From: an uncultured delta proteobacterium
GTDB lineage: Bacteria > Desulfobacterota > Binatia > UBA9968
DNA: 64,000 nt
NCBI GenBank assembly: GCA_963771465.1
Contig: CAVYTU010000015.1
Span: forward strand, 64,001-128,000
Reading direction: 5' to 3'
The notes under the pieces were generated by a model. It worked only from the letters and a program-made list of their open reading frames with translations, was not told the DNA's origin and did not search any database. How positions within the stretch are numbered: the first letter of the stretch is position 1; each line of letters starts with the position of its first letter. The position numbers and the translations under genes were made by a program. Positions 9,690 through 19,415 of the stretch are shown piece by piece.

Positions 9690-10667
9690 CTACGGATACA
9701 ACTCTTTCAACAGACCGCTCTTCTCCAGCGTATCGAGAAAGCGTAGATCGACAAACTGCTCGGGCTTCGCCGTCTTGGCCGCTGGCACGGTCTTGGCCAA
9801 GTCTTCGAGCACGTTGACGACACCGGCCATATTGACCGCGGGGGTTTTTTCCAAAACCTTGGTCATGTAAAAATCATAGGCTTTCTGCAGCACCGATTGA
9901 TCGGTGATCTTGGTGTATTTGGCCAGTGATTTATAGGTAAACTCGCGGTCCGTGCGCGCGCGATGAATGCCGCGTGTATAGGCGCGCATGAAACGGTTGA
10001 TCACATCGGGCTTACTGCGAATGATCGAGCCCACGGCGACCAACGCCGGATTGGGAAAAGCATAATCCATATCCGTGATGCTGATCAGCTCTTTGAAGCC
10101 GGCCTTCTCGATGGCGAACTGCGTCGGCGGCGACACCACGCCGCCTTCGATGGAACCGCCTTGCAATCCGGCGGCGACCGTCGCCATGAAGCCGAGCTGG
10201 ATCAGCGTCAGATCTTTGTCCGGGTTGATGTTGAATTTTCTCAGCGCGTAGCGCACCGAAATATCCGGCGCCGAGCCGAAGCGCGTGATGCCGATCTTTT
10301 TCCCCTTCATCGCTTCGACAGTTTTGATCTCCGGCCGGACATAGAGCGAAAAAACCATCTTGTTGCCCGAGTTGCCGATGATTTTCAGATCGGCGCCGGA
10401 CAACGCCGCGGCAATCGCCGAGCTGCCGTTAAGCGAACCGATGTCGATTTCACCCGCCACCGTCACCTGCGCCAGCTGCGTGCCGCTGGGAATGAGAATG
10501 ATGTCGTCTTGCAAACCTTCTTTGGCGAAGTAACCGGCGTCATGCGCAACCCAGATTGGCGTGTAGGCGCCGCTGATGGAGCTGTAGCCGATGCGTACAC
10601 GATCCGCAGCGGCCGCCGATTGCTGCATCGAAAGCAGAACCAAGATTGTCAAAATGAATCGCTTCAT
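9690..10667 (-). CDS. ABC substrate-binding protein, NitT/TauT family
   Basis: Signal peptide, PIWVAHDAGYFAKEGL and KGKKIGITRFGS motifs. Confidence 0.9.
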   Translation of the reverse strand: MKRFILTILVLLSMQQSAAAADRVRIGYSSISGAYTPIWVAHDAGYFAKEGLQDDIILIPSGTQLAQVTVAGEIDIGSLNGSSAIAAALSGADLKIIGNSGNKMVFSLYVRPEIKTVEAMKGKKIGITRFGSAPDISVRYALRKFNINPDKDLTLIQLGFMATVAAGLQGGSIEGGVVSPPTQFAIEKAGFKELISITDMDYAFPNPALVAVGSIIRSKPDVINRFMRAYTRGIHRARTDREFTYKSLAKYTKITDQSVLQKAYDFYMTKVLEKTPAVNMAGVVNVLEDLAKTVPAAKTAKPEQFVDLRFLDTLEKSGLLKELYP

Positions 10668-10726
10668 TGGTTTCCCTTCCCGTTCGGTCAGATATCAGGT
10701 CGTGGCCACTATTCCAGGAATCGATT

Positions 10727-10750
10727 GTAGGGGCAACCGTCGGTCGCTCT
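10727..10750 (+). repeat. GTAG-tagged REP-like hairpin
   Basis: GTAG GGGCAACC gtc GGTCGCTC. Confidence 0.45.
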
Positions 10751-10809
10751 GCGCATTGACGCAATTCGTCGCTTCGTAATATGGTGAACGCGATTCAAAG
10801 GAGATCCCC

Positions 10810-11817
10810 ATGAGCAATCGCATGATCGTCATCGGCATCGGCCCCATCGGCGGCATCATCGGCGGCCGGCTCGCCCGCGCCGGCCAGGACATCACTTTCG
10901 TCGATATCGACAAGGCACACGTTGCGGCGATCCGTGAAAATGGACTGCAAATCGACGTCCCCGACGGACCATTCAACGTTAAAATCAAAACCGCTTTCCC
11001 CAACGAAATCGAAGGCAAGTACGACATCGGCTGCATCGCCGTGCGCTCCAACTACACGCCGGAGGCGTTGAATACGGTCCTGCCGCATCTCGCCGACGAC
11101 GGCCTGCTCGTGTCGATGCAGAACGGCATCAATCCACCGCTGCTGCAAGAAAAAGTCGGCGCCGACCGCACCGTCGGCTTGGCGATCCGCATGGGCAGCA
11201 AAAAAATCGCGCCCGGCCACCTCCAAACCGCCACGCGCGGCCACCTTTACGTCGGCCACCTGCACGGCAAGACGACACCGCGATTGCAAAGTCTCCACCA
11301 GATTCTAAATCCGGTGATGGAAACGGAAATTTCCGACAACATTCTCGGCGTCCTCTGGAGCAAACTCACCTACACATGCTTGGGTTACTTCGGTTCATTG
11401 GCCGACGCGTCGCTAGCCACCAGTTGCGCCGATGAAAAATCGCGCCGCGTGCTCGCCGACTTCTTCGCCGAAGTCGTCGCGGTGGGCGAAGCGAAAGGCG
11501 TGCGCTGGATCAAGCTGGCGGAATACAGCCCGGAGGATTTTCACCCGCGCAATTCGCCCGACAAACGGCTTGTGGCAGTGAATGGATTTGCCAAAACCTG
11601 GAAGCCTGACGACCGTAGAGGCCCGTTCGTCTACGTGCAGAAAAAAATTCGCACGGAAGTCGATTTCACTCTCGGCTACGTTGTCAAAGAAGGTGAAAAG
11701 CTCGGCATGCGAATGCCACTCTGCAACAAAGTCTTGGAGATATTCCGCGAATTGGAAGCCGGCAATAGACAATTCGGCCAGCAGAATTATGATGAGCTAG
11801 TCACAACAGCGAGATGA
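10810..11817 (+). CDS. Ketopantoate reductase (ApbA/PanE) family oxidoreductase
   Basis: GIGPIGG Rossmann motif, SMQNG, catalytic WSKL and RTEVD motifs. Confidence 0.85.
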   Translation: MSNRMIVIGIGPIGGIIGGRLARAGQDITFVDIDKAHVAAIRENGLQIDVPDGPFNVKIKTAFPNEIEGKYDIGCIAVRSNYTPEALNTVLPHLADDGLLVSMQNGINPPLLQEKVGADRTVGLAIRMGSKKIAPGHLQTATRGHLYVGHLHGKTTPRLQSLHQILNPVMETEISDNILGVLWSKLTYTCLGYFGSLADASLATSCADEKSRRVLADFFAEVVAVGEAKGVRWIKLAEYSPEDFHPRNSPDKRLVAVNGFAKTWKPDDRRGPFVYVQKKIRTEVDFTLGYVVKEGEKLGMRMPLCNKVLEIFRELEAGNRQFGQQNYDELVTTAR

Positions 11818-12020
11818 GTCAGTCGGGTAACGCGACACCGAGTCATTTCAAAGCATCGACGGCGAAACCTTAGTGACAACTTTCTGGTTTCGCATAATAC
11901 TACGGAACTTCTGAAAATTACGATTGTCGATAACCACACAAACTCTGATAAAGCGCACAGAATCCAGGTTTCCACAGACAGTCGAAGTCTTTTCCAGAGC
12001 ATTTCTAGCTTCCATAAGCG

Positions 12021-12050
12021 TTGACACCGAAACGGATTTTCCACTACTGT
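12021..12050 (+). promoter_or_regulatory. Putative sigma70 promoter TTGACA-N18-TACTGT
   Basis: Perfect -35 box at 12021-12026 and a weak -10 box at 12045-12050, upstream of the hydrolase operon. Confidence 0.4.
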
Positions 12051-12107
12051 CGGTGACGACGGGACCCCGAAACAGACTCGAATACCAATCAAGAGGGACA
12101 GCAAACC

Positions 12108-12974
12108 ATGAGCCATCAATTTTACAAAGGTTTCCGCCCCGACGAGATGGAGTTTCAATTCAATCCGCGCGAGTCGGTTCCGGAATACCCCGAGCTCGCA
12201 AAAGTCCGTGCCGCGCAAGCGAAGAAAGTTCGCGAGAGTGCTAAGTCGTGGCTGAACGTTGCGTACGGTAATTCGCCGCGTGAGATGCTCGACATTTACG
12301 CCGCGGACAAACCCGGCGGGCCGGTGCTCGTCTACATTCACGGCGGCTATTGGCGCAGCGGTAGCAAGGAAGACAACTGTAACTTCGTACCGACCTTCAC
12401 TAAGCGCGGCGCCACGGTGGTGTTGATCGAGTATGATCTTTGCCCACAAGTCACGGTCACAGAAATCGTCCGGCAGACCCGTGCGGCAATCGCCTGGGTC
12501 TACAAAAACATCACGCGCTACAGTGGCGACCCGGCGCGTATCTACGTGTCCGGCCACTCCGCCGGCGGCCACCTTACGTCAATGGCGTTAGCGAATGATT
12601 GGACGAAAGAAGGAATGCCCCAGGACTGCATCAAAGGCGCGGTGGCAACCTCCGGCGTCTTCGACCTCGGCATGGTGATGAAGATCAGCGTCCAGGAACA
12701 AGTGCGCATGACGCCCGAGGTTGCGAAACTCAACAGCCCATTTGAAAATCCGCCGCGCGTGAAATGCTCGCTGGTCGTCGCCGTCGGCGGCGCCGAGCCT
12801 AAAGGCTGGCAGCAGATGTCGGAAGATTATTACAACTACGCCAAACAACACGGCATGAACGCCGAATATCTCATCGTGCCCAGCGCCAATCACTACACCA
12901 TGTCGGAGAAATTACTTGACGATAGCAATCCGTTGACGCTGGCGATGATCAGGCAAATGAACTTGCCCCGATAA
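12108..12974 (+). CDS. Alpha/beta hydrolase, arylformamidase (kynurenine formamidase)-like
   Basis: IHGGYW, YDLCP, GHSAGGHL, SGVFDL and NHY motifs. Confidence 0.88.
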   Translation: MSHQFYKGFRPDEMEFQFNPRESVPEYPELAKVRAAQAKKVRESAKSWLNVAYGNSPREMLDIYAADKPGGPVLVYIHGGYWRSGSKEDNCNFVPTFTKRGATVVLIEYDLCPQVTVTEIVRQTRAAIAWVYKNITRYSGDPARIYVSGHSAGGHLTSMALANDWTKEGMPQDCIKGAVATSGVFDLGMVMKISVQEQVRMTPEVAKLNSPFENPPRVKCSLVVAVGGAEPKGWQQMSEDYYNYAKQHGMNAEYLIVPSANHYTMSEKLLDDSNPLTLAMIRQMNLPR

Positions 12975-12993
12975 ATTCGAGACGGAAATCAAT

Positions 12994-13827
12994 ATGCCGA
13001 ATGTAAATCTATCCACGGGCACGAATCTCTATTACGAAACATACGGTCAGGGCGAGCCGCTAGTGCTGGTGCCGTCGACGGCGTTCTCTTGTGAAGTGTG
13101 GAAGCCGTCGCAGCTGCCGCTGGCGAATTCCATACAGCTCATCATTCACGATCCGCGCGGCTGCGGCCGCACCACCGAGACGCAGAAAGTTTACACCATC
13201 AATCAGATGGCCAACGACATCGTCGCCCTTCTCGATCATTTGAAAATTTCCTCGGCACACCTCTGCGGCCACTCGATGGGCGGGCGCATCGCTTTGGAAA
13301 TGGCGCTCAACTTTCCCGGCCGGGTGAAAAGCTTGATCATGGCTGCCAGCGGTTCGGGACAAGCGGCGCGGCCGGGCCCGGATTGTATCCCCGGCTTGCC
13401 GCATTGGCTCGTGATCCGTCTAGTTGAAAAAGGTTTCGAAAAAGCCCTGCGTGAAGAATTTTGCGATACCAGCGCGTTTTTCACCGACGACTACCGTAAG
13501 AAACATCCGGACAAAGTCGAAGCATTCTTCCAACTCGCCTGGGCGACTCACGCCAAGTTACCCGAGTACATTCATCTGATTATCGCGCGCCACAATTGGG
13601 AAGCGACGCACCGCCTCGGCGACGTGAGATGTCCGACATTGATCTTCATCGGCGACAATGACTCGGCGCGCAGCAACCATCTCGCCCAAGCTGAAGCGTT
13701 GAAGCATCGAATCCCCGGCGCCGAGATGCAAGTTCTCAAAGGCCAATCCCACGGCTTTTTCTGGCAGGCGGCCGACGAAACCAACGCAGCGATTCTAAAC
13801 TGGGTAAAAAAGCACGGCGCAAAGTAG
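12994..13827 (+). CDS. Alpha/beta hydrolase (paralog 1)
   Basis: DPRGCG, GHSMGG nucleophile elbow, GDND acid and SHG His. Confidence 0.9.
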   Translation: MPNVNLSTGTNLYYETYGQGEPLVLVPSTAFSCEVWKPSQLPLANSIQLIIHDPRGCGRTTETQKVYTINQMANDIVALLDHLKISSAHLCGHSMGGRIALEMALNFPGRVKSLIMAASGSGQAARPGPDCIPGLPHWLVIRLVEKGFEKALREEFCDTSAFFTDDYRKKHPDKVEAFFQLAWATHAKLPEYIHLIIARHNWEATHRLGDVRCPTLIFIGDNDSARSNHLAQAEALKHRIPGAEMQVLKGQSHGFFWQAADETNAAILNWVKKHGAK

Positions 13828-13831
13828 CGTC

Positions 13832-14668
13832 ATGCCGCTGGCCAGTCTGCCGACGGGCGCAAATCTCTACTTCGAAACTCACGGCCAGGGCGAGCCGCTG
13901 CTGTTTTTTCCCTCGACGGCATTCTCCGGCGAAGTTTGGAAGCCGCACCAAGTGCCCGGCTTGGCGAAATCTCTTCAGCTAATTCTGCACGACCCGCGTG
14001 GCTGTCCACGCACGATGGTTTCACAGCAAGTCTACACCATCGAGCAGATGGCCAACGATGCGGTCGCGCTGCTCGATCATTTGCAAATACCCGCGGCGCA
14101 CTTACTCGGCCACTCCATGGGCGGCCGCATCGCGCTGACCATGGCGCTCAATTTTCCCGGGCGGGTGAAAAGTTTGATCATGGCTGCCAGCGGTTCGGGT
14201 CTGGTCACGCGGCCAGGACCGGATTGTATTCCCGGCTTGCCCCATTGGCTGATGCTTGGCTTGGTTGAGAAAGGCTTCGAGAAATTTTTGCGCGACGAGT
14301 ACTGCGAGTCGGATGTATTTTTCACCAAAGATTTTCGTGATCGCCAGCCAGAGAGCATTGAGGAATTTTTTAAGCTGGCACGAGCGACCCACGCCAACTT
14401 GTCGGAATATGTTCACTTGAGCATCGCGCGCCACAACTGGGAAGCAACCCACCGGCTCGGCGACGTGCAGTGCGCGACACTCGTGCTGATCGGCGATAAT
14501 GACCAGGCGCGCAGCAACCATCTGCTGCAAGCTGAGGCATTGAAGAATCGAATTCCCGGTGCTGAACTCAAAGTTCTCGCCGGCCAATCCCATGGGTTCT
14601 TCTGGCAAGCGCCGGAGGAAAGCAACCAGATAATTCTAGATTGGGTGAAGCGCCACTCCGCAACCTGA
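13832..14668 (+). CDS. Alpha/beta hydrolase (paralog 2, tandem duplicate)
   Basis: Collinear with 12994-13827, with long identical stretches (ALNFPGRVKSLIMAASGSG, IARHNWEATHRLGDV). Confidence 0.9.
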   Translation: MPLASLPTGANLYFETHGQGEPLLFFPSTAFSGEVWKPHQVPGLAKSLQLILHDPRGCPRTMVSQQVYTIEQMANDAVALLDHLQIPAAHLLGHSMGGRIALTMALNFPGRVKSLIMAASGSGLVTRPGPDCIPGLPHWLMLGLVEKGFEKFLRDEYCESDVFFTKDFRDRQPESIEEFFKLARATHANLSEYVHLSIARHNWEATHRLGDVQCATLVLIGDNDQARSNHLLQAEALKNRIPGAELKVLAGQSHGFFWQAPEESNQIILDWVKRHSAT

Positions 14669-14692
14669 GTGGCTCTAGTCAACTTCGTCTTT

Positions 14693-14778
14693 CGTCATAC
14701 CGGCGAAATCCGGTATCTAATCTTTTTTGTGATTGGCTAAAGCAGCGAACCTGGATTCCCGCGTGCGCGGGAATGACG
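14693..14778. repeat. CGTC-tagged REP-like inverted doublet
   Basis: cgtcATACCGGcgaaatCCGGTATc ... ggATTCCCGCgtgcGCGGGAATgacg, between convergent genes. Confidence 0.75.
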
Positions 14779-14841
14779 GACGAGCAAAATCCGAGTATTC
14801 GTCAGCGCGGTGGCAATCGTCCACTGCGAATCGATCATGCT

Positions 14842-15720
14842 TCAAACGACCGCGATATCGTAGCCGTCATTGCCCTTTTGTTCCGGCGGGAAAAGACCCC
14901 AGGATTCGATCCAATCGCGCGTGCGTTCGAAAGCCTGGCGTGGATAGGGCTCGAAAACGATGCGCTCGCCGGGACCGAAACGGCGAGTGTCGACCAGCGC
15001 GTGATATCGCTCCGGCAGCTCCCGCAAAAAATAGTGTTTGTACGCCTCGGGCTCCAAGTCGATATCATGCTGGGCACGCTGCAGTGCCTTAAAGTAGCGT
15101 CCCACATCCTGCAAGTCCGCGTGTTCCGAAACCAGATGACCGATCATGAAAGTGCTGTCGACGATTTTCTTGAAACCCAATTGCTCCGCGACATAGAACG
15201 GCGCGCCGAACAAACTTGCCGCCGGCACTTGGCAGTCGACCAGCAACGCCAAACGGTCGAGCAGCAATCCGCCAAAGTGCAATTTGATTTCATCCCGCTT
15301 GAGGAACGGCTCGAGGTTCTGCAACGTCGAGTAATGGCTCCCCGAATGATAGCCGACCGTCACGGGAATGCCGGCTAAATCTTCCGGCGTTTGAATAGTC
15401 GACTCCGGCGCCACAAATATGCCGGAGGGCGAAACCGAGTAGGCGCTGCCCCACATCTTACCGTGACCCGCGGAGGCCGCCATGTTCACCGTCCAATGGC
15501 AGGCCGAGCTTAGGTTGCAGTCGCGCCCAGCTTCGATGGACTCGAAAGCGCCCCGTTGGATCTCCGCCGGCGCCGACTCGACGCGCGGCGCGCCCGCCGA
15601 CCAGGAGACGATGGGTGTGACTAAGAACTCGTACTCCAATCCCTCCGCCTTGAAATAACCTTTTTGCTCGGCCACCCACTCTTGTAAGCGTCCGTGGGAC
15701 TGAATGCGAAATTTTGCCAT
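14842..15720 (-). CDS. Type 2 periplasmic-binding-fold protein (NitT/TauT/NMT1-like) lacking a signal peptide
   Basis: WVAEQKGYFKAEGL and IQTPEDLAG motifs start at about residue 14, with no hydrophobic leader; contains SSACHW. Confidence 0.8.
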   Translation of the reverse strand: MAKFRIQSHGRLQEWVAEQKGYFKAEGLEYEFLVTPIVSWSAGAPRVESAPAEIQRGAFESIEAGRDCNLSSACHWTVNMAASAGHGKMWGSAYSVSPSGIFVAPESTIQTPEDLAGIPVTVGYHSGSHYSTLQNLEPFLKRDEIKLHFGGLLLDRLALLVDCQVPAASLFGAPFYVAEQLGFKKIVDSTFMIGHLVSEHADLQDVGRYFKALQRAQHDIDLEPEAYKHYFLRELPERYHALVDTRRFGPGERIVFEPYPRQAFERTRDWIESWGLFPPEQKGNDGYDIAVV

Positions 15721-15874
15721 AAGCAGTTCCTCTCGTCGTGAACGAAACGGATGTGACGGGAATCATTCCTTCTACTCTTAAACTCCGAATACAATCAAGT
15801 CTCGTGTCTCACCGCCGGCAGCCAGTGGACAGCGCCGCGCCGCTGGGCTAAAACGTGACGTGGAGAAATCGTAA

Positions 15875-16765
15875 ATGCCCTATTGCTACCCGCCGGACCC
15901 AAACACGCGCAAACCGCGCTTCACGCCGCCGGCGAATTCATGCGACACCCATTTCCACGTCTTCGGACCGCCGGAAGTGTTTCCGTTCCTGTCGACCCAT
16001 GAATACACGCCACCGGCAGCGCCGCTGGAGCATTATCGAAAGATGCTCGCGGTCATCGGCATCGAGCGCGCCGTCGTCGTCCAGCCGAGCGTGCACGGCC
16101 TCGACAATTCGGCGACGTTGGATGCGATCAAGAATGCCCATGGAAATTTTCGCGGCGTCGGGCGCATCGACGACAAGACGCCGAGCGACGAACTCAAGCG
16201 GTTGCATGCCGGCGGCATCCGCGGCGTGAGATTCAATCTGCTCGACCGCCCGCGCGGCAACGTCAAGCTCGACGTGCTCGACCGCTGCATCGACAATATC
16301 GTCAGCCTCGGTTGGTCGGTCGACCTGCACATCGACATGAAGAATCTCATCGCGCAAGAGAAGCGCATTCGCAACTCGCCGATCCCGGTGATCGTCGATC
16401 ACATCGCACGGGTGAAGCCGGCTGAAGGTTTACAGCAAGCCGGCTTCCAACTCTTGCTCGATCTGATGAAACTCAAACATGTCTGGACCAAAGTCAGCGG
16501 CGCCGACAAGATTTGCGAGACCACGGTGCACTCGTATTACGGTCTCCCCTTCGTCGAGGTGACGCCCTATGCGCAAGCGGTCATCGCCGCCGCGCCCGAC
16601 CGCGTCATCTGGGGCACCGACTGGCCGCACTCGAACAATTTCATGCCGGGCCATACGCCCAACGACGGCGACCTGGTCGACCTACTCGCTGTATTTGCTC
16701 CCGATGTGGCAGTGCGGCACAAGATCCTTGTTGACAATCCGGCGGCATTGTATGGTTTCAGCTGA
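15875..16765 (+). CDS. Amidohydrolase, 2-pyrone-4,6-dicarboxylate lactonase (LigI)/galactarolactone isomerase-like
   Basis: CDTHFHVFGP, VQPSVHG.DN, GIRGVRFN, VDHIA, KVSG and WGTDWPH motifs. Confidence 0.88.
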   Translation: MPYCYPPDPNTRKPRFTPPANSCDTHFHVFGPPEVFPFLSTHEYTPPAAPLEHYRKMLAVIGIERAVVVQPSVHGLDNSATLDAIKNAHGNFRGVGRIDDKTPSDELKRLHAGGIRGVRFNLLDRPRGNVKLDVLDRCIDNIVSLGWSVDLHIDMKNLIAQEKRIRNSPIPVIVDHIARVKPAEGLQQAGFQLLLDLMKLKHVWTKVSGADKICETTVHSYYGLPFVEVTPYAQAVIAAAPDRVIWGTDWPHSNNFMPGHTPNDGDLVDLLAVFAPDVAVRHKILVDNPAALYGFS

Positions 16766-16792
16766 TTTCAGAATTCTTAGGAGGACCGAACC

Positions 16793-17212
16793 GTGATCAA
16801 GATGACCGACGAGATGAAACAACGCGTGGACAAAGCCTTCGAAGAAAAAAAATACTGCGTCTGGGCAACCACTTCCGACGATGGTTTTCCCGATATCAGC
16901 TTTCGCGGCAGCACGTTTGTTTTCGACGACGAGCATATCGCCTTTTGGGATCGATCTTTCGGCGCGAGCACGACGAACTTGGAAAACAATCCGCACGTCT
17001 GCATGCTGTTCTATGACAAAGAGAATCGATTGGGCTGGCGTTTTTACGGCACTGCGACCGTTTACAAAGACGGTGAGATTCGCCAGCAGATCATGCGCCG
17101 CACGGTCAAAGGCGAGCTGGATAAAGACCCCGAGCGCAAAGGCTACGGCGTGCTCGTGCGGGTCGACAAAATTCGCGGCTACAGCGGCTTTAACGTCGTG
17201 CAAGAGCGGTAG
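16793..17212 (+). CDS. Pyridoxamine 5'-phosphate oxidase-like FMN-binding split-barrel protein
   Basis: AT..DG.P.ISFRGS, NLENNPHV and RFYGTA motifs; RBS GGAGG. Confidence 0.82.
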   Translation: MIKMTDEMKQRVDKAFEEKKYCVWATTSDDGFPDISFRGSTFVFDDEHIAFWDRSFGASTTNLENNPHVCMLFYDKENRLGWRFYGTATVYKDGEIRQQIMRRTVKGELDKDPERKGYGVLVRVDKIRGYSGFNVVQER

Positions 17213-17238
17213 CCGACGGCAGGGCCATCTGATCTCAA

Positions 17239-18231
17239 ATGACAAATCTCAGGTTTCAAATCCGGAACTCGTTTCGGTTTATCTTGATCGTCGCGATTGC
17301 GACCTGCATCTGCCTCGGCTCCACTAGCCACGCCGTCGATCGCATACGCGTCGCCGTGTCCAATCCCAACATGCCCAATCTGACGACGCAGATGGCGCTG
17401 AAGCGAAATTTCTTCAAAGACGAGAATCTCGACGTCGAGGTCATCCGCATGAATCCCAACGTCGCCATTACCGCGCTCGCCACCGCAGATATCGACTATT
17501 GCCAGCTATTCGGCGCGGTGGTTGGCGGCGCCATCGCCGGGCTGCCGGTTAGAATTGTCGCCGGCTTTCTCGACAACTGGCCGATGACTCTGATCGCCCA
17601 GCCGGAAGTGAAAACGCTCAAAGACTTGCGCGGCAAGACGCTCGGCATTAGCAGCTTCGGCGCGACGCCGGATGTCGCCGCGCGCATGATGATCAAGCAA
17701 GCCGGCATCGATCCGGAAAAAGACATCAAAGTGCTCGCTCTAGGTTCCGACGCCGCGCGCATGACGGGCTTGATGCAGCGCGTGGTCGACGTCGTCGTCA
17801 TGTCACCGCCCGCCGACACACAGCTGGAAAAACAAGGCTACAAAATTTTGGCGCGCGCCTATGAGCTATTTAATTTCCCCTATCTCGGTCTCGGCACCAA
17901 CACCCGCAAGATCAAGGAAAAACCGCACGAGATTCGCCGCGTCATCAAAGCGGCCATCCGCGCCAATCGATTTATCCGGGACAATCGCGACGAGTCGGTG
18001 CGCACCTTCATGAGCTGGGGTAAAGTCGAGCGCGAGTTCGCCTACGCGTCCTATGACGCGCTCAGAAATTTGTTTAACGCCGACGGCGCCGTGCCGGAAG
18101 ACGGACTGAAGCTGGTGATCGACCAAGCGCGTCGCAGCAGCAAAGTCATCCGCGAAGTGGCGCCGAGTGAAGTGGCGGACTTAACATTGTTGCGCGACGC
18201 GCAAGCGGAGTTGGGGATCAGAGCGCGATGA
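17239..18231 (+). CDS. ABC substrate-binding protein, NitT/TauT family
   Basis: Hydrophobic leader, FFKDENLDVE and LKDLRGKTLGISSFGA motifs; exact start uncertain. Confidence 0.88.
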   Translation: MTNLRFQIRNSFRFILIVAIATCICLGSTSHAVDRIRVAVSNPNMPNLTTQMALKRNFFKDENLDVEVIRMNPNVAITALATADIDYCQLFGAVVGGAIAGLPVRIVAGFLDNWPMTLIAQPEVKTLKDLRGKTLGISSFGATPDVAARMMIKQAGIDPEKDIKVLALGSDAARMTGLMQRVVDVVVMSPPADTQLEKQGYKILARAYELFNFPYLGLGTNTRKIKEKPHEIRRVIKAAIRANRFIRDNRDESVRTFMSWGKVEREFAYASYDALRNLFNADGAVPEDGLKLVIDQARRSSKVIREVAPSEVADLTLLRDAQAELGIRAR

Positions 18232-18293
18232 TTCTAAATGGGCAGCCATGATGTGAGATCGCCGCGCCTGACGTAGCAGTCACCCCTATCCCA

Positions 18294-18318
18294 TCCTTTC
18301 CCCGTCGAGGGGAAAGGA
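18294..18318. repeat. Perfect 10-bp hairpin, REP-like
   Basis: tcctttcccc gtcga ggggaaagga, preceded by cacccctatccca. Confidence 0.55.
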
Positions 18319-18396
18319 ATCTAAAGTCGGCAGCAGGCGGCGGTATATAGTGCGACGAGTCACAGAATTGCAACACGCCATTAAGGAGCAACGATT

Positions 18397-19326
18397 ATGA
18401 TCGTCGACTGGCATGCTCATGTCTATCCGCCGGAGATGGCGAAGGAACGGCGTTGGGGCGGCGCGTCGCCGCTGACCATCGAGAACTTGCTCGAAGCGCA
18501 CGAGAAAGCCGGCATCGAGCGCTGCGTCGTCAGCAACACCATCCATTATCTCAAGGACAAATCGAACGACGAGTCGCTCGCGTTTCTGCGCCGCTGGAAC
18601 GAATACGGCGCGGAGATCCAGCAGAAGTACAAAGACCGCATTATCGTCTTCACCAGCACACTGCCCTGCGGCGGCGAAGCTTTTTTAAAAGAACTCGAAC
18701 GCGCCATCACTCAGAACGGCTTGAACGGCGTGCTGATCAATTCGAGCCATCAACACGCTTACCCCGACGACGATGAAGCCAAGCCGTTTTTTGAATTGAT
18801 CTCGGGCCTCGGCATCCCGATGATGATGCACGCGCCGTCGGTCGGTTACGGCGAAGAACGCATGCGCGACTACCGTTTGGCGTCGAGCGTGGGCCGGCCG
18901 TTCGACGAATGTCTGAGCATCGCCCGGCTGATCGTCCGCGGCGTCTTCGAACGGCACGGCAATCTTAAATTCGTCGGCTGCCATCTCGGCGGCGGCATTT
19001 GCGATGTCATCGGGCGCATGGACTACGCCTACGAGCTCGGCGACCAAGCTTCCGGCTTGGGCACCTACGAGCCGATGTTGATCACCAAGAAGCCGAGCGA
19101 GTATTTGAAAAAACTTTACATGGACACCGTCGCCTATCACCCGCCCGCAATTATGTGCGCCTATCAAACCGTCGGCGCTAAGCAATTGCTCTTCGGCAGC
19201 GACGCGCCGCCGCTTCTGCCGCTCCTGCCGCGCGCGAAAAAGATTATCGAAGAGCTGCCGATCAGCGACGCCGAGCGCCAAGATATTTTCGCGGGAAATG
19301 CACTCAAGCTACTCGAGCGCGGCTAA
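18397..19326 (+). CDS. Amidohydrolase_2 protein, ACMSD/non-oxidative decarboxylase-like
   Basis: VDWHAH, MMHAP, CHLGG, YMDT and FGSDAP motifs. Confidence 0.88.
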   Translation: MIVDWHAHVYPPEMAKERRWGGASPLTIENLLEAHEKAGIERCVVSNTIHYLKDKSNDESLAFLRRWNEYGAEIQQKYKDRIIVFTSTLPCGGEAFLKELERAITQNGLNGVLINSSHQHAYPDDDEAKPFFELISGLGIPMMMHAPSVGYGEERMRDYRLASSVGRPFDECLSIARLIVRGVFERHGNLKFVGCHLGGGICDVIGRMDYAYELGDQASGLGTYEPMLITKKPSEYLKKLYMDTVAYHPPAIMCAYQTVGAKQLLFGSDAPPLLPLLPRAKKIIEELPISDAERQDIFAGNALKLLERG

Positions 19327-19415
19327 AGCGATCGTCGCTACCGAGACACCTCCGCTGATTTGACGTTTCGGTTGCGCCGCATTATGGGAGTTTAATCGGA
19401 TCTAAGGAGAGTTAC

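Noticed and set aside
11818-12107. Replication origin (oriC)
   Set aside because: No perfect DnaA box, no clear AT-rich unwinding element and no origin-associated genes; kept only as a box-cluster finding.
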